Assembly: GCA_030750825.1 (NCBI GenBank)
Contig: JASMHJ010000001.1
Span: 26,308-50,307 of the forward strand
Direction of reading: 5' to 3'
DNA from: Phycisphaerales bacterium
GTDB taxonomy: Bacteria > Planctomycetota > Phycisphaerae > Phycisphaerales > SM1A02
DNA: 24,000 bases
Each line of letters begins with the position of its first letter. Position 1 is the stretch's first letter. The notes under the pieces were generated by a model. The model ran no database searches, was not told the origin of the DNA, and saw only the letters and a list, made by a program, of their open reading frames with translations. The position numbers and the translations under genes are program-made. This document shows positions 1 through 8,754 of this stretch, in pieces.

Positions 1-1296
1 ATCTCGAAACGGGAAGACACGCTCGACGAAAAACTCGACCGGTTCGCGAGTCGTGAATCTGCGATGGATAAGCGGCAATCGAAGGTGCAGAAACGTGAAG
101 ACGAGATCGTGGCGCAGGCCGAGGCCGTGGCGGTCAGAGATGCCGACATTACGGCGAGGCTGTCCGAAGTCGCGGATTTGAGCCAGGAAGACGCTAAGGT
201 GCAGTTGCTTGAGCGGGTGGGTCACGAGTCTGAAGAGGAAGCCGCTGCAGTCAAGCGGGGCATCATCGAGGCGGCGGAGTCCGATGCCAAGAGGCAGAGC
301 CGCGAGATCACCATCATGGCGATTCAGCGGTTTGCGGCCGAGCATGTCGCCGAGTCGACCGTGCGCTCGGTGAAGATTCCATCCGATGATCTCAAGGGCC
401 GCATCATCGGCCGCGAGGGCCGCAACATCCGCGCAATTGAGCGAGCGACCGGAGCCGATGTACTCGTGGATGACACGCCTGGCGTCATTTCGGTTTCGTG
501 TTTTGATCCGATTCGTCGCGCCATTGCTGGCGAGTCGCTTGCGCGACTCGTTGCTGATGGCCGCGTGCACCCGTCGCGTGTGGAAGAAATCGTCGCCAAT
601 GTCAAGTCTGACATGGAAGAGCAGATCTCCGAGAAGGGCAATGAGGCCGTCATGGAAGCCAAGATGCGTGGCCTGCATCCCAAGATTGTGGAGGCCATGG
701 GCAAGTTGCATTTTCGAACGAGCTTCGGGCAGAACGTGCTGCGGCACTCGATGGAGGTGGCCTACCTCAGTCAGGTTATTGCCGACCAACTCGGGCTCGA
801 CGGTTCCGTCGCTCGCCGGTGCGGCTTTCTGCACGACATCGGCAAGGCGATGGATCACGAGATGGAGGGTGGCCATCCGGCCATCGGCATGGAGTTCGCC
901 AAGCGATTTGGCGAGACTCGCGAGGAAGTGCTCAACGCCATTGGCGGTCACCACGGCGACATCCCTTCGACCAGTCCCTATACGCCGATTGTCATGGCAG
1001 CCGATGCAGTGTCGGGTGCCCGCCCCGGCGCTCGCCGTGAGTCGATGGAACTCTATATCCAGCGTCTCAAGCAACTCGAAGACATCGCTTATGACAGCGG
1101 TTCAGTCCGGGAGGTCTACGCCATTCAGGCCGGCCGCGAGGTGCGGGTCATCGTGGATTCCGGCCGCGTCAACGACGACGAGGCCTTCATCATCGCCGAC
1201 AAGATCGCCCGCAAGGTCGAAGATGAGATGACCTTCCCGGGTGAAATCAAAGTCACTGTATTGCGTGAAACGCGGGCCGAAGCGACCGCTCGTTGA
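1..1296 (+). CDS. rny: Ribonuclease Y (5' end cut by window edge)
   Basis: The frame of ORF 64..1296 stays open back to nt 1 (ISKREDTLDEKLDRFASRESAMDKRQ..., coiled-coil style of the RNase Y N-terminal half). KH motif GRIIGREGRNIRAIERATGADV. HD domain HSMEVAYLSQ...GFLHDIGKA...GGHHGD. Confidence 0.9.
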   Translation: MSKREDTLDEKLDRFASRESAMDKRQSKVQKREDEIVAQAEAVAVRDADITARLSEVADLSQEDAKVQLLERVGHESEEEAAAVKRGIIEAAESDAKRQSREITIMAIQRFAAEHVAESTVRSVKIPSDDLKGRIIGREGRNIRAIERATGADVLVDDTPGVISVSCFDPIRRAIAGESLARLVADGRVHPSRVEEIVANVKSDMEEQISEKGNEAVMEAKMRGLHPKIVEAMGKLHFRTSFGQNVLRHSMEVAYLSQVIADQLGLDGSVARRCGFLHDIGKAMDHEMEGGHPAIGMEFAKRFGETREEVLNAIGGHHGDIPSTSPYTPIVMAADAVSGARPGARRESMELYIQRLKQLEDIAYDSGSVREVYAIQAGREVRVIVDSGRVNDDEAFIIADKIARKVEDEMTFPGEIKVTVLRETRAEATAR

Positions 1297-1320
1297 GTGG
1301 CCTCACAAGGAAGAACAGTC

Positions 1321-1893
1321 ATGCCCATCAAAGCAACGGATCTCAAGAGGGGACAGGCCCTGATCTTCGACGGCCAGTTGCAGATCGTGATCGACACCGA
1401 TCACGTCAAGCCGGGCAAAGGACCTGCGTATGTGCAGGCGAAGATGAAGAGCGTCGATACCGGAACCATCAAGACCAATCGCATGAACTCGAGCGACAAA
1501 CTCGAAGATGTCTCGATTGATCGCCGTACCATGCAGTACCTCTATGATTCCAGCGGTCACGGCAAGGGGCCATACGTCTTCATGGATGGCGAGTCCTTCG
1601 AGCAGATGGAAATCGCCGGCGATCAGCTCGGTGATCAGGTGAACTGGCTCGTCGAGAGTCTCGAAGTGAAGGTCATGGTCTTCGAGGGGCGGGCACTTGG
1701 AGTGGAGTTGCCGCCATCGGTAGAAGTGGAAGTGACCGAGACAGCCCCGCAACCCAAGAGCGCGACCGCCACAAATCAGCTCAAGGAAGCCACGGTCGAG
1801 ACCGGCGCCCGCATTCGTGTTCCGCCCTTCATCGAGAACGGGCAGCGAGTCAAAGTCAATACCGAGACGGGCGAATATCTCGGGAAGGCTTGA
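1321..1893 (+). CDS. efp: Translation elongation factor P
   Basis: MPIKATDLKRGQALIFDGQLQIVIDTDHVKPGKGPAYVQAKMK with the conserved PGKG loop lysine; 190 aa. AAGGAAG Shine-Dalgarno lies 7 nt upstream of ATG 1321. The track start at 1297 is an upstream extension. Confidence 0.95.
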   Translation: MPIKATDLKRGQALIFDGQLQIVIDTDHVKPGKGPAYVQAKMKSVDTGTIKTNRMNSSDKLEDVSIDRRTMQYLYDSSGHGKGPYVFMDGESFEQMEIAGDQLGDQVNWLVESLEVKVMVFEGRALGVELPPSVEVEVTETAPQPKSATATNQLKEATVETGARIRVPPFIENGQRVKVNTETGEYLGKA

Positions 1894-2729
1894 TTTCCGT
1901 GCAGCGTCTCTCCGAGATCAAGTCGCTGCTGGCGGAACGTGGACTGCGACCTCGCAAGCGATTCGGTCAGAACTTTCTACACGATCAGAATCTGCTGCGC
2001 AAGCTTGTTGATGATGCCAATGTGTGTCAGGGTGATCTGGTGCTTGAAATCGGCCCAGGTACGGGAACACTGACCGAGACGCTGCTCGATCGCGGCGCTG
2101 ATGTGATCGCGTGCGAACTCGATGAGGGGCTCGCCGACTTGATCGAGTCGCGGCTTGGTGACCGCGTGCAACTCATTCGCGGTGATTGCCTCGGTCGGTC
2201 GCGGATGTTGTCGCCGCAAATTGTCGATGCGCTGCAGGGTCGTCCCTTTCGGCTGATCGCCAATCTTCCGTATCAGATTGCCAGCCCGCTGATGGTGGAG
2301 TTGCTGCTCAATCATCCGACGTGCGGTGGACAGTGGATCACGATTCAGAACGAGGTCGCGGATCGTCTTCTTGCCGAACCGGGCACATCACAGTGGGGCC
2401 CGCTCGGCATCATTGTGCAGTGGGCCGGAGAGGTCACGAAGCTGGCGAATCTGCCAGCCAGTTGTTTCTGGCCAGAGCCCAGCGTCAGCAGCGCCATGGT
2501 CGCAATCCGATCCCGGGCGCTACCGGCCGATATCGATCCCTCTGCCTTTGCTCGTTTCGTCACGCAGCTCTTCACCACCAGACGCAAACAACTCGGCGGT
2601 GTTCTCGGTCGCGACATCGTGCAGCAAGCCGGCATCGACCCAACGTGGAGGTGCGAGCGACTCAGCGTGGCAGAACTCGTGACGCTGTTTCAGAAGGAAT
2701 CATCTCGACCCTCGGATCCCGGCTTCTGA
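1890..2729 (+). CDS. rsmA: 16S rRNA (adenine1518/1519-N6)-dimethyltransferase RsmA/KsgA
   Basis: RFGQNFLHDQNLLRKLV, SAM motif LEIGPGTGTLTETLL, NLPYQIASPLM. TTG 1890 overlaps the efp stop (TTGA); in-frame GTG 1899 is an alternative start. Confidence 0.9.
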   Translation: MISVQRLSEIKSLLAERGLRPRKRFGQNFLHDQNLLRKLVDDANVCQGDLVLEIGPGTGTLTETLLDRGADVIACELDEGLADLIESRLGDRVQLIRGDCLGRSRMLSPQIVDALQGRPFRLIANLPYQIASPLMVELLLNHPTCGGQWITIQNEVADRLLAEPGTSQWGPLGIIVQWAGEVTKLANLPASCFWPEPSVSSAMVAIRSRALPADIDPSAFARFVTQLFTTRRKQLGGVLGRDIVQQAGIDPTWRCERLSVAELVTLFQKESSRPSDPGF

Positions 2730-2752
2730 CTCTCTCCCGGCGAAGCGACGCC

Positions 2753-5700
2753 CTAGAACTTTGTTTGGCCGAGCCGCACGCCCGCGGTGGTGTCGCCTCG
2801 GATCTGGTCGTAACTGACGTAGAAGATGAGGTCGAAGTCTGGAAGGCGGCGTGTCAGTGAGGCGGAGACATTCTGAAAGTCCTTTTCAGAGAAGTTGTAT
2901 TGCGGCGAAACTGAGAAGGAGTAGGTCTTGGATATTTCGTAGTTCAGTGGGAAGCTCAGCAATTGTCCTCGGGCGCTCTTGACCAGATTGGGAAGTGCCT
3001 GAGCGTAGTCATCCGGAACTTCGATGAATCGGTACGAAATGCCGGAACTCATTCGGGGCGAGTGATCGAAATTGACCGCGACCGCGGCGCGGGTAAATCC
3101 TTCAAGGTCAAGGTCCCACGTGCCCTCACCCGTGAACTGGGTGGCCTCGGCTGGCCGGAAGTCGAAGGATCCAGTGGCGTAGTTGCCGAATGAGGACCAC
3201 AGAGGATTTGCCTCGTAGAACCGTGGCGTGTACCACCGCCGTGTTGCGTCGTGAGTGCTGAACGTGGCTGCGATGCTGGTGTTCAGCCAGTCAGCGTCGT
3301 ACCAGCGGCCCGGACCCCCTCGCTGCGTCTGCAGTCGATTTCGCAGTCCAACCTGCACGGCGCCACCCCGGGCTGTGGCGTCTACGAGCGGGTCGTAGTC
3401 GGGTTCGTTGATCGGGTTGAAATTCGAGCCGGCAATCCAAGCGCGAGCCCATGGGTCAAACAATACCCGTAGTCGATTGATCCCGAATGTTTCGCTATGT
3501 ACGTCGTTGTACACCCGTTGAAAGGTTGTGGTGGTGTGTATGCCGACGCCGCCAATGCCGCGGAAATTCGAGTCGTCTGTTGTGTTTCCCGTATTCTCGT
3601 TTGAGAGGAATCCTTGAATCTGGGCAGACGCGAACGGGGTCACCTGAACCGGTCCGTATTGCAGCGGCATTGTGACATGATGCATGCTGTCAACCCGGGT
3701 ATTCCAGTCATCGGTGATGCCCCGTAAGGCCAACGCATCGCTGATGTTGTTAGTGGCGGTAAAGGGAACGCGAACACCGTTGAAGACACCGTTGAAGACA
3801 TTGGGGCCGATGCCGTTTTGCGCGGCGGTACCACCTGGAATAATGGCCTTGAACCGGCTGAACGAAATGTTGCCGCTGTAGGTCAGCGTGTCGAAGAAGT
3901 CGTCCCCAAATCGTCGATAACTGAATTTGGGAAATTCATCGAGCATGAAGCCTTGCGAGGCCAGTAGCCAACTGTTTGAGACGAAGCGGTTCAGCGAGTA
4001 GTCCGCGAGGGCGGAAATCGAGGTGTTTCCGCTGTCTTGGCGAAGATACAGGCTCGTTTCATATTCTTGGCGGTTCTTGAAGTCCGTTGGTCTCCAAGAA
4101 TTGATGAAGGTTGAATCGGAGATCCACGATGCCTGCGCATCGAGTTTCCAATCATTCCCCATGTTGATTCTGTCGTTGAACTGCAGATATCCCCGCCATG
4201 TCTTCGGAACCATCTGGGTAATTCCAGTGCTGAGACGTTCTGATCGAGCGGTGTCATCGTGTATCCCCCAGAGCGAGAGCCCCCCGTGTTCGCCCGAGCG
4301 ATTCCAATTCCAATCTAGGCCAAGTGCCGGTCCGCGTTTGGTATAGCCCGATGTTTCCAGCTCCAGTTGGTCCTCGCCGAGCGGCTCAAGTCCGAGCAGC
4401 GTGAGCAAATCCCAGGTGGCCTCGAAGCCGACACCCTGGTAATTCTCAAAATTGCTGGAGACGGACTTCAGCGGCATGTTGTCGGCATAGCCCGTGAACC
4501 ACGGCCAGTACATGATGGGAAGGCCGCCAGCTCGAAGGGTGTTGTGCACCCCGGTGACCAGCACACGGCTCTTGGCCTGCGTGCCGTCTTCTTGAATTGT
4601 TCCGGGTACTTGCTCGATGGTTGCCGTGTCACATCCGATCGAGAGTGTCGGCGTAGCGAATGATGAGGCGGAGAGCCTGACACCACGTCCTTGCCACTGG
4701 TCTTCAGCAAGTTGGCGAAGTTCTTCGGCGCGGGCGAATACCGGCACGCGACGCTCGCGGTCGTAGGTCCGCAGCACAGCATCGAGCATGATGGCTCGAT
4801 CGGTGACAAAGTCGTAGTACATCCGCGTGGCCCGAACGACGTAATCCTGACGATCCGACTCGGCGACGACCGCGCCTTCCAGATAGATGCCGCGGACATC
4901 GTCGGCGGAGAGCGAGTCGGCCGTGTCTGCGATGCTTCCGGGGCTCACGTATAGCACGGCACGTTCTGCAGAGAGTCGCAGCGCTCCAAGTTCATCGGAT
5001 CGCCGGGTCGGGCGATAGTGCACGACCACATCCCCGTCCACTAGTACGGTCGATTCGGTTTCGCCACCGTCGATCGTGACGTGGTCTGCGCTGAAGGCGA
5101 TCGTGGCGCCAGGCTGCTGAAGCCATCTTCGGCTGAGGCGGGGGCTGGATCTGCTCGGCGCCGCGACTGCTGCTGGGAGGGATCCGCCGGGGATCGGCGT
5201 GAAGTTCTCTGGTGGCGATTCGCGGCCAACCACCGTCGGGTAGTCGCTCAGTGGGGGAAGTTGCTTCTGGAGATCAGCGACATAAGTGGCCAGCCGATCA
5301 TCGGCCCGCTGCACCAGTGAATCGAGTCCAGTCGGTGGCCCCGGCTCGAGCAGGGCGACATCGAGTACCGTCTCGCCGCGAATCGTGCCGACAACCAACA
5401 GGTTGTTTCCGCTTGGGCCTCGGCCGACCCCTGCCGTGTGCGATGTCGCTCGTGGGATCCATAGCGCGACTTGCGTGACCAGACCATCTTTGCTTGGAAT
5501 ACGCTCCAGCCACACCACGAGCCGTGGTCCTTCAAACACCCAACTTGCGATCTCGATTCGCGTATCGCCCTGAAGAACCAGCCGCTGGGTCGAGCCAACA
5601 CGCCATTGCCACCCTCGCATGGCCCGCATGGCGATGTCCCCGTCCCGCGGCTCGACCGGCAGGACCAAGCCACCGAGCGAGTCGCCGCGGCTGGCCGGGA

Positions 5701-5821
5701 TCGGCTTTGTTTGTGTTGCGGCCAGCCCGGGATCGGTGGGGGCGAGCATCACCACGCCAACAAGGGTGTAGATCAGGTGCCGGAGGCCGCGCTGCGGATT
5801 GGGTGAGAGATTGCCTCGCAC
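2753..5821 (-). CDS. lptD: LptD-like outer-membrane LPS-assembly beta-barrel protein (putative)
   Basis: 1022 aa. N-terminal signal-like segment LRHLIYTLVGVVMLAPTDPGLAA. OstA/LptD-N-like stretches (IAFSADHVTIDGGETESTVLVDGDVVVHY; RGIYLEGAVVAESDRQDYVVRATRMYYDFVTDRAIMLDAVLRT). Long aromatic/Gly/Asn-rich alternating-strand C-terminal region ending in a terminal Phe (RLGQTKF). Family call rests on pattern recognition only, with no search run. Confidence 0.5.
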   Translation of the reverse strand: MRGNLSPNPQRGLRHLIYTLVGVVMLAPTDPGLAATQTKPIPASRGDSLGGLVLPVEPRDGDIAMRAMRGWQWRVGSTQRLVLQGDTRIEIASWVFEGPRLVVWLERIPSKDGLVTQVALWIPRATSHTAGVGRGPSGNNLLVVGTIRGETVLDVALLEPGPPTGLDSLVQRADDRLATYVADLQKQLPPLSDYPTVVGRESPPENFTPIPGGSLPAAVAAPSRSSPRLSRRWLQQPGATIAFSADHVTIDGGETESTVLVDGDVVVHYRPTRRSDELGALRLSAERAVLYVSPGSIADTADSLSADDVRGIYLEGAVVAESDRQDYVVRATRMYYDFVTDRAIMLDAVLRTYDRERRVPVFARAEELRQLAEDQWQGRGVRLSASSFATPTLSIGCDTATIEQVPGTIQEDGTQAKSRVLVTGVHNTLRAGGLPIMYWPWFTGYADNMPLKSVSSNFENYQGVGFEATWDLLTLLGLEPLGEDQLELETSGYTKRGPALGLDWNWNRSGEHGGLSLWGIHDDTARSERLSTGITQMVPKTWRGYLQFNDRINMGNDWKLDAQASWISDSTFINSWRPTDFKNRQEYETSLYLRQDSGNTSISALADYSLNRFVSNSWLLASQGFMLDEFPKFSYRRFGDDFFDTLTYSGNISFSRFKAIIPGGTAAQNGIGPNVFNGVFNGVRVPFTATNNISDALALRGITDDWNTRVDSMHHVTMPLQYGPVQVTPFASAQIQGFLSNENTGNTTDDSNFRGIGGVGIHTTTTFQRVYNDVHSETFGINRLRVLFDPWARAWIAGSNFNPINEPDYDPLVDATARGGAVQVGLRNRLQTQRGGPGRWYDADWLNTSIAATFSTHDATRRWYTPRFYEANPLWSSFGNYATGSFDFRPAEATQFTGEGTWDLDLEGFTRAAVAVNFDHSPRMSSGISYRFIEVPDDYAQALPNLVKSARGQLLSFPLNYEISKTYSFSVSPQYNFSEKDFQNVSASLTRRLPDFDLIFYVSYDQIRGDTTAGVRLGQTKF

Positions 5822-5866
5822 GATGGTGGACGATACCTCGCCGTGGGCGGCATCGCCACCGGGAGG

Positions 5867-6784
5867 CTATTCGAACATTCCGGCAACAAAGGCGGGGGGG
5901 TCAAAGGGTTCTACGTCCTCGGGTCGCTCGCCGACCCCGACGAGCTTGACCGGGATGCCCAGTTCGGTCGCAATGGCCACCACGATGCCACCCTTTGCCG
6001 TCCCGTCGAGTTTGGCAAGAAAGATCCCGCTGACATCGATCGCCTCGGTGAAGTGGTGGGCCTGCACGAAGGCGTTCTGCCCCTGCGTGGCGTCCAGCAC
6101 CAGAAGCACCTCGTGCGGGGCACTCGGAATTCGTTTGGCCAGCACATCTCTGATCTTGGTCAGTTGCCGCATGAGCCCCTGTTCGGTGTGCATCCGGCCA
6201 GCCGTATCGACCAGCAGGACGTCCACATCGCGGGCGAGGGCTGCGTCCATAGCGTCCCAGACGACTGCGGCGGGGTCGGCCCCGGTAGTTCCTCGGACAA
6301 CATCCACGCCGAGCCGATCACCCCAGATCACGAGTTGCTCGACTGCGCCTGCCCGAAAGGTGTCCGCAGCGGCCAACAGCACCGAGCGGCCTTCCGCACG
6401 CAGCGCATGGGCGATCTTCGCCACCGAGGTTGTTTTTCCGACGCCATTGACGCCGGCGACGAGGATGACCAGCGGTCGTTCGTTCGTGGTAGCCAGCGGC
6501 GTCTGCTCACCGAGCCGCTCGGCGAGTTGGGTCTGCAGGAAGTCGATTGCCTCTTCGCCTCGGTCCATCTTGCCTGCGGCGGCATCACTCCGCATGGTGG
6601 CGATGATCTCGTCGGTTGCCCGCGTTCCGACATCGGCCTGAAGCAGGCAGGCCTCGATGGCGTCGATGGCGTCTGCGTCGATTCGCTGCCCCTTGAGCAG
6701 CCGGTTCAGAGGGCTTCCCATTGTTTCGCGGGTGCGACTCAGGCCTCGCTTCAGGGCGTTCATGGTGGTGCTGAACAGTCCCAT
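5867..6784 (-). CDS. ftsY: Signal recognition particle receptor FtsY (short form, no acidic A domain)
   Basis: NG-domain motifs: LVAGVNGVGKTTSVAKIA, AADTFRAGAVEQL, LLVDTAGRMH, LAKLDGTAKGG, and the C-terminal GVGERPEDVEPFDP. Confidence 0.95.
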   Translation of the reverse strand: MGLFSTTMNALKRGLSRTRETMGSPLNRLLKGQRIDADAIDAIEACLLQADVGTRATDEIIATMRSDAAAGKMDRGEEAIDFLQTQLAERLGEQTPLATTNERPLVILVAGVNGVGKTTSVAKIAHALRAEGRSVLLAAADTFRAGAVEQLVIWGDRLGVDVVRGTTGADPAAVVWDAMDAALARDVDVLLVDTAGRMHTEQGLMRQLTKIRDVLAKRIPSAPHEVLLVLDATQGQNAFVQAHHFTEAIDVSGIFLAKLDGTAKGGIVVAIATELGIPVKLVGVGERPEDVEPFDPPAFVAGMFE

Positions 6785-6792
6785 GGTCTCCC

Positions 6793-7248
6793 TCAGTCCG
6801 CATGCTCTGCGGCGGCTGGATCCGGCGTGGATGCTTCGAGATGTTGTCGATAGGCGTCGAGCACACCGTTGACGAAGGCAGGCGAGTCTTCGGTGCTGAA
6901 CTCACGCGCCAATTCGATGGCTTCGTCAATGGCGACCGCGGTTGGTACACGGCCAGATCGCATTTCCCATGCGGCCAAGCGAAGGAGGCCCCGGTCCACG
7001 CATGGTTGCCGGTGGATTGGCCAGTCGGCTGCCAGAGTCGCGATCACGGCGTCGCTTTCAGTCCGGCCCGTCCACGCGTCGTTTGCCAGTTCGGTAGCGG
7101 GCTCAAGGAGCCGCTCGGGCACGCCACCTGCCAACAATCCATCGCGAACGGTGTCCGGTTCATCGTCTCGCCCGGCATCGAACTGGCAGATGGCCAGCAA
7201 CGCGCCGCGGCGGATTTCATGCAAGTCGTTCACGACAGGCGATCCCAT
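6793..7248 (-). CDS. nusB: Transcription antitermination factor NusB
   Basis: LLRLAAWEMRSG..VPTAVAIDEAIELAREFSTEDSPAFVNGVLDA, in the classic ribH-nusB arrangement. Alternative start GTG at 7233 forms a GTGA overlap with the ribH stop. Confidence 0.85.
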   Translation of the reverse strand: MGSPVVNDLHEIRRGALLAICQFDAGRDDEPDTVRDGLLAGGVPERLLEPATELANDAWTGRTESDAVIATLAADWPIHRQPCVDRGLLRLAAWEMRSGRVPTAVAIDEAIELAREFSTEDSPAFVNGVLDAYRQHLEASTPDPAAAEHAD

Positions 7249-7715
7249 GAGAGCCCGCGAAGCGTCACGGCCTGCTCGATGGCGGCCTTCATCGCGTCAT
7301 AGCCTTTGTTGCCATGCTCGCCGCCTGCCCGCGCTTCAGCTTGGGCCATGGTGTCGCAGGTCAGTACGCCAAGCGCGATGGGAACTCGCATGCTGGTGCT
7401 GAGATATGCCAGTGTGTTGCAGACGGCACCGCTGATCCAGCGGTCGTGCGAGGTTTCGCCCTTGATGACGCATCCGAGAGCTACGAAGGCATCCGCTTTC
7501 GGGTCGAGTTCCTGACACATGTGCGTGATCGTTCCCGGGAGTTCCCATGTGCCCGGGCACTCGATCACCGTTATCCGACCCCCATCATCGCCAAGAACCT
7601 CGTGAAAGGCCCGCTGCGCGCCGGCGATGAGTGGCTGCATGATCTCCGGATACCATGAGGATGCCGCGACGGCGATTCGCAGGTGGGAGGGGTCGGGCTG
7701 GGGGGAGGTGGACAA
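7230..7715 (-). CDS. ribH: 6,7-dimethyl-8-ribityllumazine synthase
   Basis: IAVAASSWYPEIMQPLIAGA..., ECPGTWELP, FVALGCVIKGETSHDRWISGAV, VPIALGVLTCDTMAQAEARAG..GNKG. Confidence 0.9.
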   Translation of the reverse strand: MSTSPQPDPSHLRIAVAASSWYPEIMQPLIAGAQRAFHEVLGDDGGRITVIECPGTWELPGTITHMCQELDPKADAFVALGCVIKGETSHDRWISGAVCNTLAYLSTSMRVPIALGVLTCDTMAQAEARAGGEHGNKGYDAMKAAIEQAVTLRGLSWDRLS

Positions 7716-7796
7716 ACTTGGAATCCGTGTGGAGCAGGGCGTTGCGGTGAGAACGGGCTATCGTACCGCGCAGCATGCAGGGAGCGGTGACTGGAC

Positions 7797-8720
7797 ATGA
7801 GTCGGATTCGCGATCAGCACATCAGGGGGAGTATCGCTTTCGGGGCGGCCTGTGACGCTGCCTTGAGCGTCGTGCTCACAGCGAGGCTTGGCGGCGATGG
7901 CCCGCTTCCGATCTTGGCGATGATCGCCGCAGTCGTTGCGGCGTTCGGGCTCATCGCCTACGGAGCATCGCTCAATGATCTGCTCGACCGTCGGCGAGAC
8001 ACTGTGATGGGGGGAGGCTCGGCGGTGGAGCATGCAACCGGCCCCAATGTCATCATCGTAGTCGGTGCCCTCCTGCTGGCGATCTTCGCAGCCATGGTGC
8101 TTGGCGAGGATGCGCCTTATGTGGCGCTTGTGCTGGCGAGCCTCTTGCTGTTTCACAACGCGGTCGCGAGGTTCATCCCGGCAATCGGCTTGGTAGTTCC
8201 AGGCGCGGTGCTCGCGGGCATCATGCTCGTGCCCGATTGGCAGATGCCGATGCCTGCTGCTGTGTGGTTGGCAATGACCATCGCAGTGTTCACATCGGTT
8301 GGAGTACATGTACTCGCCGACAAACGCCCCGTGCTCTCGCGGAGAGCTGTCCCCGTCGTGGTGCTTGGCTGGGTTGTGATTTCGATCGTCACACTCGGAC
8401 TTCGTACTGGAATGGACGAGGCGGTCTGGCCCGACCTCCCCATATTTGGCGTGCTTCTCTGGCCGATTGTCGCGGTATTGGCGTTGGGTGTGGTGCTTCG
8501 GTGGAAGATCGTCACAGCCAACAGCCCGCGCCAGGCGGCGGCGAAGATCATTCGGTATGTGGCCCTGTGGCAGCCCCTCATCGCGGCTTCGTGGTGCGCC
8601 GGCATCGGTGCTTGGACGGCTGCCATTGTGTTTGCGTTGCTTGGCATCATCGGCCTTCTGCTCGTTGGTGGGTATCGCGAACTGGCCGGCATGTCGGGCC
8701 CGGCGGTCCGCTGGCGGTAA
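7797..8720 (+). CDS. Polytopic membrane protein, divergent UbiA-superfamily prenyltransferase-like
   Basis: 307 aa with about 8-9 hydrophobic helices. NDLLDRRRD at residues 60-68 fits the first UbiA motif NDxxDxxxD at the usual position. No clear second Asp-rich motif. The coding strand was chosen over antisense ORF 7758..8969 on composition. Confidence 0.4.
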   Translation: MSRIRDQHIRGSIAFGAACDAALSVVLTARLGGDGPLPILAMIAAVVAAFGLIAYGASLNDLLDRRRDTVMGGGSAVEHATGPNVIIVVGALLLAIFAAMVLGEDAPYVALVLASLLLFHNAVARFIPAIGLVVPGAVLAGIMLVPDWQMPMPAAVWLAMTIAVFTSVGVHVLADKRPVLSRRAVPVVVLGWVVISIVTLGLRTGMDEAVWPDLPIFGVLLWPIVAVLALGVVLRWKIVTANSPRQAAAKIIRYVALWQPLIAASWCAGIGAWTAAIVFALLGIIGLLLVGGYRELAGMSGPAVRWR

Positions 8721-8754
8721 GGGATCAGGTGCCGCCCTGAGGCAACGCCATACA

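Noticed and set aside
386-1231. 281-aa alternate-frame + ORF inside rny
   Set aside because: It lies in the same region as the clear RNase Y KH/HD frame. The alternate frame gives Arg/Ser/Trp-rich nonsense.
5799-6853. Two long + strand ORFs (280 and 336 aa) opposite ftsY/nusB
   Set aside because: They are antisense to an unambiguous FtsY with all NG-domain motifs. The translations are Ser/Arg/Pro/Gly-rich with no domain signatures.
7716-7796. Possible FMN riboswitch upstream of ribH
   Set aside because: Only 81 bp are available, which is too short for an RFN element, and I see no conserved RFN core sequences.
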